In this document: in pieces, positions 15,001-27,300 of the stretch
How the letters are laid out: every line of letters starts with the position of its first letter
Numbering within the stretch: the first letter of the stretch is position 1
Origin: Pocillopora damicornis
Taxonomy: Eukaryota
Length of the DNA: 64,000 nt
Direction: 5' to 3'
Assembly (NCBI RefSeq): GCF_003704095.1
Contig: NW_020843646.1
Location: 1-64,000 of the forward strand
The notes under the pieces: model-generated
The model's input: the letters and a program-made list of their open reading frames with translations, nothing else
Databases searched by the model: none
What the model was told of the DNA's origin: nothing
Translations under genes and position numbers: made by a program

Positions 15001-18000
15001 TAGTTTCCTGCTTACGTATACTTGTTTCACACAGTAAGTAATTTTTTTACTTTTAAGATCCTCCGGAGATAGTCAGATATCCATCCACTTCACCCATCAT
15101 TGAAGGTGGCAACATCACACTTGTCTGCCAGGCTATTGGAAATCCACAGCCAAACATAACTTGGACCAAGAGAGGAAGCGATAAAATTTTGTCCCATTCA
15201 AAGGCACTCGTCTTGGCTAATTTAACTAGATTAGACAACGAAACAGAATACAAATGCAAAGCCATGAACTATTTAGGATTCGTTGAAGCCTCGACTTTAG
15301 TTACCATCCACTGTAAGTACAATGTAGAATTGCTTATGCATGTAACGTGTTCCCTCTATGTAAATTGAAACCTCAGCTAAGTTACCTATCGATGAGCAAT
15401 TGTGGTTCAATTTTATCCTTGGTTCAAATTTTATTGTCTTTTGTTTTTGGGTATTGTCATATATGATAACGAGTTTGAAACAAAGAAAACAACATTTGAA
15501 CCAAGGATGAAATGAACCACAACATATACATGTAGGTCCCCTTTAGGTAGAAAAACCTGGTGACCCTAAAAGAGAATAGCCTTGTCTGCTCGTTTTGTTT
15601 AGCTATTTGTGAACAGTCTAAATGACTGATTTTAGATTAGATCTGTACACATTATATATATTTCCTTATTTAGATTCATCCTTGATTGAGTCTTCCCCAA
15701 TCAATCAAGTTGTCCTTGAAGGAAACAACTTGACTCTACGCTGCAGTGCTTCTGGAAATCCTACACCAAACATCACGTGGACTAAAGATAAAAGTTCATT
15801 AGTGCTACATCAAGGAGATACTTACAGCATTGTGGACATAGACAGAAATGCTGCAGGGAATTACACATGTACAGCTTGGAATGGAGTGGGAGAACCAAAA
15901 AAAGCCATTGCTGCAGTATCTGTACACTGTAAGTTGTGTTACATTTACATTTGGTGAATCAACTCTTCAATCTAAAAAAATTACCCCATGTTTGATAGCG
16001 ACAACTTTATTATTGCACCATTTCTATAGAAATTCACTTGAAAATCTTTGTTGAATATATTTATATATTTTGACATTGTATAGCAAGCGTTTGGTAGCTG
16101 ACAAAAAGGAGACACTAACTCATAAAATTCAGTGACAAATGGACACTTAAACTATCTTTTTCTCCCTCCCCCTGTGGACTTAAAACTGTAATGTCAACAG
16201 TAATCGTTGTAGTCTTGAGGTACCCTTGGTTACATCGAAGATGATCACCATCAGAGCTGTTGTGTTCTCTTATCCAGACAAAATTGACACAAACATAACG
16301 TATCATTAGATTAATTGTAAAGCCCGGTATCGATATGATCGTCCAGATTTCCGCGATCACCCTCAGTGATGCTTCAGGGTTCTGGACGGTTAGAAAGAAA
16401 TTAGGCCCAAATATCGCGAGGACCACGACCGTCTGGATAGAATTCAGTGTATAGCCTGTTTTTACCATGATATCACAGATTGCGCTAATCCTATCGAAAA
16501 CTGAGGCGAGCAGGACGTGTGGAAATTAGGCGTCGGGGGAAATATTACTTTTGAAATTTTTTTACAATATCCAAATGTTATCCAAATCTCCGACAAAAAC
16601 TCCGTCATTGAAATATGAGAGTCGTAGACCGTAGGCTTGTGTTTGAATTGTCACTATTCCTTTTATCTGATCAGATCCTGCTGCGATAGTCACTCGTCCT
16701 AAAGACCAAGTGTTGTGGTTGGGGGAGAACACAACTCTAGTGTGTGACGCTGTTGGTAACCCTGTGCCAAACATAACTTACTCTGTGCTTGGAGAGAATG
16801 CCTCAGTCGTTTACAGCAAGACACTTGTTATTAAGAGTTCCAGCGTAACTTATGTTAAGATGTACACATGCACGGCATTTAATGGAGTACAGCCACCAGT
16901 GTCTGTCAATGCTACTGTTACAGTGTTGGGTAAGTGTTTTACTTCACACATTTGTTTCCCTTGGTTCTTTGGAGGAGATTGTTTCGTTTGTGTAATTCAA
17001 TGGAAATAAATTTCTTTGAAGCGAAACTAAAGGCTACAGTTCAGACAATTGATTTTAATTTTCACCATGAGTCACCACTAGATATGATTACATATTGTTG
17101 ACGCGTGGTCTAAACAAGTCATTTTTTTCTTCCTTTCAAACGTACATTCAAAACTAGAGAGAATGAAGTGAACAAAAGATAAAATTGTGCACTTCAATTG
17201 GTATATCATCGGGTATGCAACACCTTCTATTTAGACGCATTTGTGATCTTGCATTCATCAAGGAAAGTTGGCGTTTCTAGAATTTTATTAAGAATAATTG
17301 CAATATGCCCTGATTAACAACAACAAGGATATAGAAGACTCTTTTTAACATGGAAATTACCTTTCCTGGGAGATACGAAGTGTAGTGACTTAGAGAGTGC
17401 TTTATGAACAATTAAGCGGAGGATTCTGTTTATTAACGTCTCACGAGTTCGCTTTTCTCTCTCCCCATCGGTAGCATACTCATGATGTAACCTGCCCTTT
17501 ATTTAATAAGAAATCCCGTTTAAAACTATGTATTGTGTGTATACGAGAGTTGTATCTTCTTTTTCCAACAGTAAGACCTTGTTCTCGTTCCCCCTGTGCT
17601 AATGGAAATTGTACGGACATAAAGACGCCGCCATCTTACCGTTGCACTTGTCCTTCTGGTTATCAGGGAAGACGCTGTATTCAGCAAAGTAAGTCTTCTT
17701 GCCCCTTTTTAAATATACGTGCCATTTTCTTCACGATGGTTATTATTATCGTTGTTAGTTTTATCATCATCAACATCACAAGAACATCATGAACCCTTTC
17801 AGTTCCAACGGTGCTGATCTGGTGTGGCTTTTATACTTCTGAGCCGTTTATTCAAAGTCCATCAACAGCCATCCTTAAACCCATAATTTTCAGCGTTCAC
17901 TTTTGCTCTCAGCGCCTATCGATCATCATGTGGTCTATTTGTGTTGCTGTGGACTCTAGATTGTCATAGTTGTCCCAATCTTTTACAATGATTCATGCTT

Positions 18001-21000
18001 GTACTGCTTTTTTGCTATTTATTTTAGTTACAAAAGAAACTGATAGAGTGAGGGGGAGAGTAAAACTTGAAAGGTGTCCATACAAGTATCACCCAGACTA
18101 CAATAACCATAGCAGTGAGATGTACAAGGAGCTCAGCAACGACTTCATAAAGAATGTAAGTTGTTTGAAGTTTACCTTTCAGGTGAATATTTGAAAGGCT
18201 CTGTAGTAAATGTTGATATGAATTTCCATCTGGTTTCTGTCTAGGCAGTACACTCCCTGCAAAGCAGAATAGTTACAGTGCTCAAAGGTGGTCCCTTTCC
18301 CTTTTTTGTTGCTTCTTTTGTTGAAGACAAACTGAGGGGTGTCTTGTCTCCCTCTTGAAGCGGCGTCCACAGCACTGTTGAGATAAATTAATGTCACGAG
18401 GAAAGTTGCTGTGTATAATACAGTCAATTCCCAGTAAGAGGGTGTCAACCTGTGTGAGTAGTAGTTGCAAAGAATACTTATAAAGAGAATGATTGAATTG
18501 TGAAAATGCTTTTGTCGGTCTAAAGAAACATTGTTGGGCCTGTTCAAAATTTCCGTGGGTCAAAAACTTCATGATTTGCTTCAATATTGAACGATAAAAG
18601 TTCACGGCATTGATTGCCTCTCTGAACGGTATGAACCGTTACCTACTTTGAAAGGGCCCTTTTTTGTCCTAAAAAGTTTGTGATCACTCGCTGTCGCAGT
18701 CATTGGTTTCTATCTTTACTTTCAATCATGACTTTTGCGCCGTGGGGTAAAATCTTCCCCAAGAAGTTGCGACTTTCTATGCGATGCGAAAACTATCTCT
18801 TTACCTGGGCAAGAGACAAAGCGAGACATGGATGTTGAGTTAACACACTCTCCATGTTCGCCATCTGTTTGCTCTATAGCTTTTTATCAGGCCCGGTGAT
18901 TTGGTAGGTTCCACTGTTAATATCGCATGACTGAACTGAGAGATCGGAACAGCTTGTTAGATCTCGTCTATCTTCTAATACTGGCATCGACACGGTTCAT
19001 ATCCTTGAACAATTCTATTAAAGTAGTATGTTTTCCTAAATTACAATTAATCTTTGTTTCTCTTTTTGTAGATGACTGCATTATACGAAAATGAGAAACA
19101 ATTTGGTCTAGTCACAGTTAACGACATTTAGTAAGAGTAAAGTATTATTATCATTATAACTATTATCATTATCATTATTGTTGTTATTATTATTATCATC
19201 CTAATTATTATTTCTGTCGTTGTTGTTTCTCTTTTTTTTTTTGGCACTTGTATGGCACCAAAAGAACAAATGCATTAATGAAGGGAATAATGAGGATAAT
19301 TGGAATGTTGCCAAAACTTACGGTGATATCTAAATTGTTTGGACGCAGTGTAAGTCACGCGCGAGGAGAGGAGCGCGATAAAATGACATTTTGTTCCTCG
19401 CGCTTTGCGCTCTCCTCGCGCTTGTCTCCGTTCGCCTGAAAAACGGTCACAACAGAAAACGCTTGTTCGGCTGGCTATCTTCCGAATGGAATACCATGAA
19501 TCCGAGAAAAATGCCAATTGATTTCTGTTTTGCTCTATGCTTTCCCTTTTGTTATATTTTCCCCCTCACTTTTGACTTGTTTTAATGTCATTGGCAAAGA
19601 CGTCATTCGTCGTGGCACAGATACGTGTTTCCATCAAACATTTTTTTGACGTCAATTAGACCACTTGTTCATAACTTACTTATCAGAGGGTTTCTACTGT
19701 TTTGACAGCAGTGACGCAAGTGACAACGTTATGGTGAACTTCACCTTAGTTTTCTTCAAAGGAAATAAGACTGTTGATGAGCTTCATCAGGTCCTGGAAA
19801 AATCCGTGGAAAATGGCAGTGTTTATTCGTTACCAGTGCAGAGAGGCACGCTCCGGCTGACTCTAATAAGTGAGTTCACCATTCTTTGTTGTACAGAGCG
19901 CTGTCCGATCAATTACTGTAAAACCAAAACCTAAGTACTACCCTAACAAGTCGTAGTAAGGCTAAATATCACAAGTGTCAGTGAGGCTCTTAACTGAACA
20001 CATTTAAAGGACGCGGGAAAAGCTTTTGTCAAAGTTTAGGCTCTGTTTTTAAACTGATTTATTTCATTTGGGTGATTTTCACGCTCTCTATATAAAAGCA
20101 TAAAAATCAGGCCTGGGAAAGTAACGGGAGACGCCGAATTTTCAAGGAATGAAGTTGAATGAATCCGGGGTTGATGGTCAGGCCTAAATCGCATCCGGCA
20201 TTGATGCCATCAATACAGTGTATTATTTGTTAGAAAATGATCCTCTGTTTCTTCTCCGTTATACCTTAGCGACTCCAGCACCCGCTACAGCTATTCCACC
20301 GGCTGTAGCCGCACGGAGCAAGAAAATTGAACCGTGGATTATTGTCGTGGTTGTAGCTATTGGTGGACTGGTGTTCTTGGTGCTGGTTTGCGCCATTATC
20401 GCCTGCTGTGGCAGGAGGAGGAAGAAGAAAAAAGGTGAGAAACGGAGTGCGCAGGCTGTACTCAGCTATGGTACATGTAATGAAAAGACTATTACCAGAA
20501 TTATACCATTTGCGTCAAACAATATCACAAAGAGACGTAGGTAAGATGTTAGTGAACAGTGCCGCTTTATAGTGTGCCCTTCTGGAATGGTGAGAGAGCT
20601 TAATTAGCAACCACTTAGCTAACAAGAAAAATGTAAGGTTGCTTATTGGAACGTCGCATGGAAGGTATGAAATTACTGATAATCACGTTTATGTTTTTGA
20701 CCACTGGACATCTTAATAACGGTGCGGACTGTATGCTGAAAAATTCTAGAACTTCAGTGGCTCACTGTTCATGCGGTTTTGTCTTCCTACCCTTTTTGTA
20801 AGAATTTTTTAAACTTTTGAACAGTATTTTTATTAGTTTATATCTCGTCGATTTTCTCGCTAAAGGACAATTTTGACTCGTATGCAATAAACTTTGGTAA
20901 AGTGATGGTTGATTTTACTTTTTCGTAAGGCGTTATTACTATTGAAAACACAGTGTTTTAAGTAGCTACTTCAAGGCTGCTTGATGCAACATATATATGT

Positions 21001-22512
21001 TTATGAATTTCCCACATCATTCTGAAAAGTGTTTGTGTCATGACAGTTTTAATCTTTGTTTCTCCATAGATGTATCCCAAGGATACGAAGACCACACGTG
21101 AGTTGTACGCTTGACTTCTTAATTAATTGGAAATTCTCTTTTGGGGAAGTTGTTATAAGCACTGGAAAACAAACATCGAAATAAGCATGTGTTTCAGGTG
21201 TAAACGCAGCCATGAGATCATCCAGGTGTGATTGCTTCAAACGCTCATGGTTAAATACCTGAAATGTTATCAGTGAAATTTGCTACAGTGCACTGTTGTA
21301 AGAACATAACGATTTTGATGTAACAACAGATCTGTATGGCAAAGAACGAGTTCTAGATATTAGTGTTGTTTTGGTGCTCAGTGTGTTTTCATCGTCTCTG
21401 TTGGCAGTGGAAATTGGATTGATCTACCTCATGGTGAAAACGGAAATAAGCCATCAAAAGAGGAGTATGCAATGACCAATTCTGTGGCTTACATGGAGGG
21501 TGGACCTTACCAGGTGCGAAAACCAGCGAATGATTACTTTGTTAATAGAAGTGCCTGTGCTGAAATAGTACCAATAACACAACTAGGGACAAGAAATCTC
21601 TAGCTCTGTAGTTCCCAATCTCTCCTGGTTAATTTGTTATTCGGATGAAAGTATCAACATGCGACGTCACCTTTAACAGTTTGTGTCTTGATTGTAATCG
21701 ATGTAACTGAGGACTGTGCAAGGGGTGATCTTTTCAAAGGGTAGATAGCCGAAGGGGCCTCGTGCTCTCATTTGTTTCTCGATATTTGGACACCACGATG
21801 AAACCCTCGCACTCGTTTTTTATATACTGTGTATCGATGGGACAGTCGAGCGTCCTCTTCAGAGGAGCCATCCACTCTCTGGAAAATTGCGACCCTTTGT
21901 TGGTCAGTGGCATGTATTTGACCCAAATTGTTATGGTGGCAATGCACATGATGAGTACCCTTCCTATGTTAACAAAACGGCTGTTGTTACATTTAATCCA
22001 CGAAACATGGACGTAATCGCGATGAGGACTTTTATTGCAACACGTCTTTACACCTCACTTGGGGCACAACTTGAATCGATAACTAATGCTGTCAGTTAAA
22101 TCTTTTGTACTTGGTTGAGAGCGTTTTTAATGTGTGGATTATTTGATTGAACTGTGAATGGTATTTCTGTAGGAACGCGCTGTTGAAGAGAAAGAACCCG
22201 AGAGCAATGGTGAGTTAGACGTAGGTCATTTAGTTTACCGATAACGAAAGTCATTGAAGGCGTTCTCTGCGCATAAAAACACCGAAATGAACAAGTTCCT
22301 TGTTAAGGCTGCAAAAATAACGGGGTTGAAGTGAAGTCCCTGTTCTTGGTCACGAAATGCACGTGACAATTTAAGGTCTGGGTACCAGGAAAAAAAAATG
22401 ATTGAAATAGATGTAGATGTTCCCTGTTCGAATACAAACAAAATGTACTGACAAGAAGTTAAACTGAAGTGACGGAACTGCTATGTTTTCAGGCAACAAC
22501 ACCCATATGTAG
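85..22512 (+). CDS. G1: multi-Ig (hemicentin/CEACAM-like array) - EGF - SEA-like - TM type I membrane protein, 5'-partial
   Basis: Phase-1/1 AG..GT Ig exons: 85-330, 1737-1994, 2473-2739, 3464-3718, 4643-4897, 5353-5540 (spans gap), 6440-6706, 7463-7711, 7835-gap, 8927-9175, 9307-9564, 10323-10589, [11140-11381 frameshifted], 11621-11875, 12139-12396, 13725-13982, 14543-14809, 15058-15312, 15674-15928, 16675-16929. EGF 17572-17688. SEA-like 18028-18155, 19072-19130, 19709-19869. TM 20270-20434 (WIIVVVVAIGGLVFLVLVCAIIACC then RRRKKKK). Tail 21070-21097, 21408-21513, 22173-22209, 22493-22512 (TAG). Phases chain consistently; tail exons are the least certain. Confidence 0.85.
1005..1230. mobile_element. 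Second, more degenerate copy of the same palindromic hammerhead-like repeat
   Basis: ATTATCAACTGAGTTGATAA..GCTGACGTTTCGAGCGTTACCCTTAGTCAG..ATTATCAACTCAGTTGATAA. The flank CCACAGTTTCTTTA is the reverse complement of TAAAGAAACTGTGG near 42420. Confidence 0.7.
4060..4150 (-). mobile_element. tRNA-derived SINE-like head, degenerate
   Basis: Minus strand agtggtagagcatc...ggtctgaggttccatttc has A/B-box-like motifs followed by attttttctttgtcc; a related fragment lies near 52830-52895. Confidence 0.5.
6730..9564 (+). repeat. Recent tandem duplication of an intron plus two Ig exons (6730-8054 vs 8155-9564)
   Basis: Intron beginning gggaattttatattagaaatgaaaagaacac is near-identical in both copies; exons 7463-7711 and 8927-9175 are near-identical. 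Confidence 0.9.
8055..8154. other. Assembly gap (100 N, probably unknown size); other gaps at 5389-5463, 35462-35824 and 47926-48025
   Basis: N runs; all four begin inside duplicated or paralogous exons. Confidence 0.98.
11140..11381 (+). pseudogene. Frameshifted Ig pseudo-exon within G1
   Basis: 242 nt versus 255 nt for paralogous exon 15058-15312. A 13-nt deletion (tcacacttgtctg) removes the first Ig Cys, and inclusion gives TAA at 11226-11228. Splice sites are intact. Confidence 0.85.
12879..13570. repeat. Degenerate 18-bp (9-bp sub-period) minisatellite, consensus approximately AACTGGTTAAAATGGTCC
   Basis: aactagataaaatgctcc / aactggttaaaatggtct / aattggtaaaaactatct and similar units over about 650 bp. 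Confidence 0.8.
15400..15522. repeat. MITE-like palindrome
   Basis: Terminal inverted repeats ttgtggttca.ttt.atccttggttcaaat / atttgaaccaaggatgaaatgaaccacaa. Confidence 0.7.
17572..17688 (+). CDS. G1 EGF-like domain exon
   Basis: RPCSRSPCANGNCTDIKTPPSYRCTCPSGYQGRRC, six-Cys EGF spacing; 117-nt phase-1/1 exon. Confidence 0.9.
18028..19869 (+). CDS. G1 SEA-like domain (3 exons)
   Basis: YHPDYNNHSSEMYKELSNDFIKN / MTALYENEKQFGLVTVNDIY / SDASDNVMVNFTLVF resembles the SEA pattern; phases 1-0-2-1 chain correctly. Confidence 0.7.
19144..19225. repeat. (ATT/ATC/GTT)n microsatellite
   Basis: attattatcattataactattatcattatcattattgttgttattattattatcatc. Confidence 0.8.
19358..19421. repeat. GC-rich hairpin repeat in a G1 intron
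   Basis: gcgcgaggagag.agcgcga ... tgcgctctcctcgcgc imperfect inverted repeat. Confidence 0.6.
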
Positions 22513-23055
22513 CGTGGGATTCAGGAAAGGAAGGAACGACAAGGACAGGAAACCAAGAACAAGAACCATTTAAAGCACAAGCTAACTTTTTAATGAAATT
22601 TACGCTGACGTGATGTTTGATATATACTTTGACAGCGAAATTGAAAGTGGTTTCTTGAGGAGATATGTCTTGTCTTATTATCGTCTTGTTTTGGATTTCA
22701 AAAGGACGGCTTCCTGTTTTTATAAGCTTGCCAACCGGGTGTTCAAAATCTCCCATCATTTTTATACTCATGCGACTCAAACTACTTTTAAGTCGAGTTC
22801 GTTGCATTTATTCCCATAATGAATCTTGGGTTATAAAATTGTTCATGCAATTTAAAAGGTAAAGAGGATGAAGCCACTAGAACCTCATCCTCACCCACAT
22901 TAAAGCTTAGATTGCACAAGAAAACGTAAATGTTTTTCTGCAGAATGCAGCTGGTTTGCATGAAATTATTCACCAATATTTATTGCACATCCATTTATTC
23001 AGTTTATTTATATTAATTTCAGCTATTTTTGTTACTCTGCTCACTGAAACTTTGC

Positions 23056-23061
23056 AATAAA
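23056..23061 (+). promoter_or_regulatory. Candidate polyadenylation signal of G1
   Basis: AATAAA about 540 nt after the stop codon. Confidence 0.45.
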
Positions 23062-23857
23062 ATCGCGTACAAAAATCTGTGGCTCTTTTCGTCTTGTAAA
23101 CCAACTCATACGAGTACCGACTGAACAAAGCATTTTCAGTAAGAAGTGCTTGGAGGGTACTGGTCACAATTCACGTTGAAGGAGAGAGGGGGCTGGAGTA
23201 TCTTGCAAGATAAATATTTAACTTCTGATCCCAAACTTCGTTTGATCGATGAATTAGTCTCATCCTTTTCCCCCTCGCTATTTCCAGCTATTCATGAAGT
23301 ACTTTCGTATTTAGGAATTGGAAATGCCAAGCCGTGCACATTATACACAACGCGAGACTGCACATTACAAGCTGCGACGTATCGTATCGTTTCTTTTTAT
23401 GTCATGGGACTAACACTGCTTTAAGGTCACATTCGTGTACAAAAGCCTCCCGTTCTTCACCCACTTCTGACTTCATGGCCAGTTTACAAAGAGAGATATT
23501 TTTAAGGTTGAAATGAGTATATCGGTTTAAGATAGCATTGAAACTGAAAGCTCAGAGGACCATTACTACCAGCACCTATTGAACCTCGAAGTTCTTATGC
23601 ATTTACAGAACTTGGCGTCTTTAACACAAGCAGAACTAACATTATGATGGTCAGCTGTTTATGGAGGTGATAGATCCCCCTCCATCCAATAAACCGACTC
23701 ATCCCCTTTATTTTCTATCCCTTCTCCAAACTTCTAGGCAAATGCTGATTGTCTCCCCCTCTTAATTACAAAATGTCACAAAACCAAAATACCAAGCATC
23801 AGTACAAACCTGCTACAGAAAGATAGCTAAGAGAACATCAGTTAGTTACTTTCAAAC

Positions 23858-23863
23858 TTTATT
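23858..23863 (-). promoter_or_regulatory. Candidate polyadenylation signal of G2
   Basis: AATAAA on the minus strand about 490 nt after the stop codon. Confidence 0.45.
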
Positions 23864-24351
23864 GGCTAAAAAGAATACAAATCACACGAATCTGTCAAAA
23901 ACATTTTCCTAGAACGGACAAGAATCTTTAATATATTTGACTATTTTGTACAATGAAAACACCTTGAATTGACCCTGAATAATTCATGTACACATTCCTT
24001 TATCAACGCTAAATAAATTTCGATTGCTTTCATTTTGTTTGGTTTTTTCTTTCTTTCATGTTCTGTATTAAATACATTGACAGCCAACAGTAAAAATTCA
24101 ATTCGCTACAAAATACAAAAGTAAAAAAGTTTTGAAAATGATTAAAACTGTGACAGTTACAAATAGCGACGACTGTGGTGGTAATTAATAAATAATTTTA
24201 GTTTGAATATAAAAATTTTTAAGTGGAACCCTTCCACTGTAGGTTGTCTGTTGACTGTAAAACAGAACATTACAGGTGATGCAATATCCAGCAATGTGGG
24301 AGCTGCTCACATCTGTCGTCATCTTGGATGAGCGTCTTGTGTTCTGTTGCA

Positions 24352-27300
24352 TTAAATTCTAGAGTCTACTTCTCCTTCAGCCTCAATCAGTTGAATAACA
24401 GATCGGGTAGGGTAGGCTCCACCAACTGTGGAGCGTTGGTCCTGGTTTCAGTAAAGGAAGAATTCAACTTTAACAGGGAACACTGAACTACCAAGCAACA
24501 TTATGATCATAAGTACCTTGAAATGAATGAAAGTTGAGCGAATGTCACTGCTTCTTGTGGATGAATTTTGTGCTTAAGGTTACCTCCTATGCATTAACCA
24601 AAATTGTTAGGGAACATGGTGTCTCACAAATGATTTGGTTGAGAATAAGCCCAATGACACGAATACCTTGCAGGAAAGGTGGACTATCGCTCTCCTGCAC
24701 ATGTAAACTCAGGAAAGGAGACCATAGTAACTCTTAATTCACCTCTACATACATTACACCCTGAACCTGTTAACAAGTGTATTTCTTGCTAAAGCATCAA
24801 ATTAGGCATGTATTTACAAACTGTGTGCATGAAAACTCTAATGAATACTCACCTCTGCCAATCTAATATCATTTGCACTCATGGCCCCCTTCATTACATC
24901 AGGCATCTAAGAGACAAAAATATCATTATTGTAATGAGTAAGAAAATTGACAAAGTGATAGAACCAAAACAAATGAAAGAGTTCAAAAACAACAGTTTGG
25001 CAGCTTAGAATGCACTTGCTGGTAAGATGATAACAATCTGAGCACAAGTGACGATGCTATGACAATAACAGTGGGATCAAATGAGACTATGCTAGCTGAT
25101 AGACTGAAAACTGAGGGACACAAACCTCGCGACTCATTCTAACATCAGTCAGACTTATGGCTCCGTTCATATAACCAAACTATAAGAAAAAGTAACATCA
25201 AACATTAATTACAGAAACAAAAAAAACATGCATGTAGAACCATTGATGACATATTTTTAAATTGGTGGGAACACTTTCTGCCAATTGCTACATTCAATGT
25301 ATCATTCCAGGTAATGATATTTGAAAATTTCTTTGACATTGGCATCTAGGAGATGAAAATACTATTTTCACAATTAGTAAGAAAATTGACAAACTAATAG
25401 GAAACAAAATAAATGAAAGTTTTCAAAGACAGGAGTTTGTCGTCGGGCTTATAATGCACTTGCTGGTAGGATGACAACCACCTGGGTACAACAAGTGACA
25501 ACAGTATGACAAAATCATTGGGATCGACAGACTCCACAAAAAATACATTGAAAACAAAGGAATACAAACCTCACGACTCATTCTAACATCATTTAGGCTC
25601 AAGGCTCCATTCGGATAACCAATCTAGGAGAAAAAGAAAAATCATGCAAATGAAACAACATGTCCATAGGATCAACCAATGACTATAGGTAGGAACACTT
25701 CCACCAATAACTAAGTTCATTTTGAATGATACTTGAAAAATTTCTTTATCTCCCCCCCCCCCAAAAAAAAAATTACACAATATAGGGCAAAATTCTGAAC
25801 GAATGTTTGTTTCAGAGGTGCAAAACTATTCACTGCACTTAAATCAAAATGTATGACACGTTTGCGCACAAAGATCGCTCACCTCCATTCCCCCATTCGT
25901 CTGATCTCCATAGAGAGTAGGACCAATGTGAGAGCCTCTCTTGGTTCCTTGTCTGAGAGAGCAAAAGATAAATACAACTTCAAGTAAGAAAATGATGATT
26001 TAAGTTTTACACTGGTCTAAGGTACAATATGTGCTTCTGTTTCATGATAATTTAAGTAGTATGAAATCATGATTATTGTACCTGGAAATGTTATTCTGTG
26101 ATCCCATCTCCCTCTTATCTGTTTAAATCAAAATCAAAGAAAAGGATAATAAAATTTGTTAAAACAAAGCTCTTTTATCCATTTTAGCTCCTGTTGTGTG
26201 TATAATTAAAATTGTAACTCTCAGGACTAGCTATTTTCCAACATTTTTTCAACAGCTTGGAATACTTCCACATGTTAAGCATGTGACACTTTACAAGACT
26301 ACACAGTATAGTTAACTGACAAAAGCATTTACCTTTCTTATTGTGCTTCTTTGAACGGCAAAATACAACGATCGAGGAGGCAATTAAAAGGACAAATAAA
26401 ACACTTCCACCAATGGCAGCATATGCCCAAACTGGGAATTCCTCTTTATCTACATGAAACAATCATAAGTTGACATATTTTAGATCACAAACACATGATA
26501 AAAAGTAGCTGAATCAGGTTCAGTCCTTTCAGTAACTCCACTAAATTATTTAAATATGCCAAATCCTCTTTGGAATAGTTTTTGGACATGTTGAATAAAA
26601 ATGGGGTAAAATACATTGCATGCAAGGGTGTTTTTTTTTCTAGAATGGCATGATGGTATTTATAAAAACTTTACTAATAAAATCAAAATGTACAACCAGG
26701 TGTGGTCACATACCTTCAACGGTCACCGTGAGAGTTGCTTCTGGGCCGTGACCCAGTTTATTAGAAGGAACACAGCGATAAGTTCCTTGGTCCTCTTTCT
26801 TGACACTAACAAAAGTAAGTACACCTGTGCTGGATGAGCTGATCAAATTGTTGTTGCGGTAAAATTTATATTCTGCTGAGGGATTGGCACGGGCTGTACA
26901 GGTGAGCACTAAGAGTTTCCCTTCTTGTGCTGGCTCCACCGAACTACTGAGCAGAGTGTCTGTGGGTTTGTCTGGAGAATCAAAATACATAATAAGAAAA
27001 ACAACAATGAGAACAGCTTCTCTCAAGGCACTTCAAAATTACTAATTTACTCATGGAGAAATTAAACATCCAGCAATCTAGTTACTATTCACTTCTCCTA
27101 ACTGGTGGACGCCAGTGAGAGAGAGAAAGAATTCATGGCAAAATCAATTAAGTGGGAATAAATGTGAAATATGTATACATGAAGCACAGGAACTGTTGAT
27201 GACTACCTTCACACATCTTAATTTATTGATTTCATCAAGTTTACAATCCATTTGATCCATTTTTTGAAGATGAGAAACACTTCACTTTCTGAAGTTTCCA

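Larger units (their letters stand above)
9307..15928 (+). repeat. Older duplication of a four-Ig-exon block (9307-11875 vs 13725-15928)
   Basis: Exon order and lengths 258/267/242 (255 before deletion)/255 repeat; proteins are similar (e.g. APVTEVVPQTG vs APVAEVVPQTG); introns diverged except near acceptors. Confidence 0.85.

Noticed and set aside
21762-22099. ORFs in the G1 intron as extra tail exons
   Set aside because: No convincing acceptor in the required phase; 21513 to 22173 already joins in frame, and the region overlaps repeat-like sequence
85-22512. Gene symbols HMCN1, DSCAM or CEACAM for G1
   Set aside because: Only generic Ig similarity. No VWA, FN3 or other diagnostic domain is visible, and phase-1/1 whole-domain exons are not evidence of Dscam-style mutually exclusive splicing.
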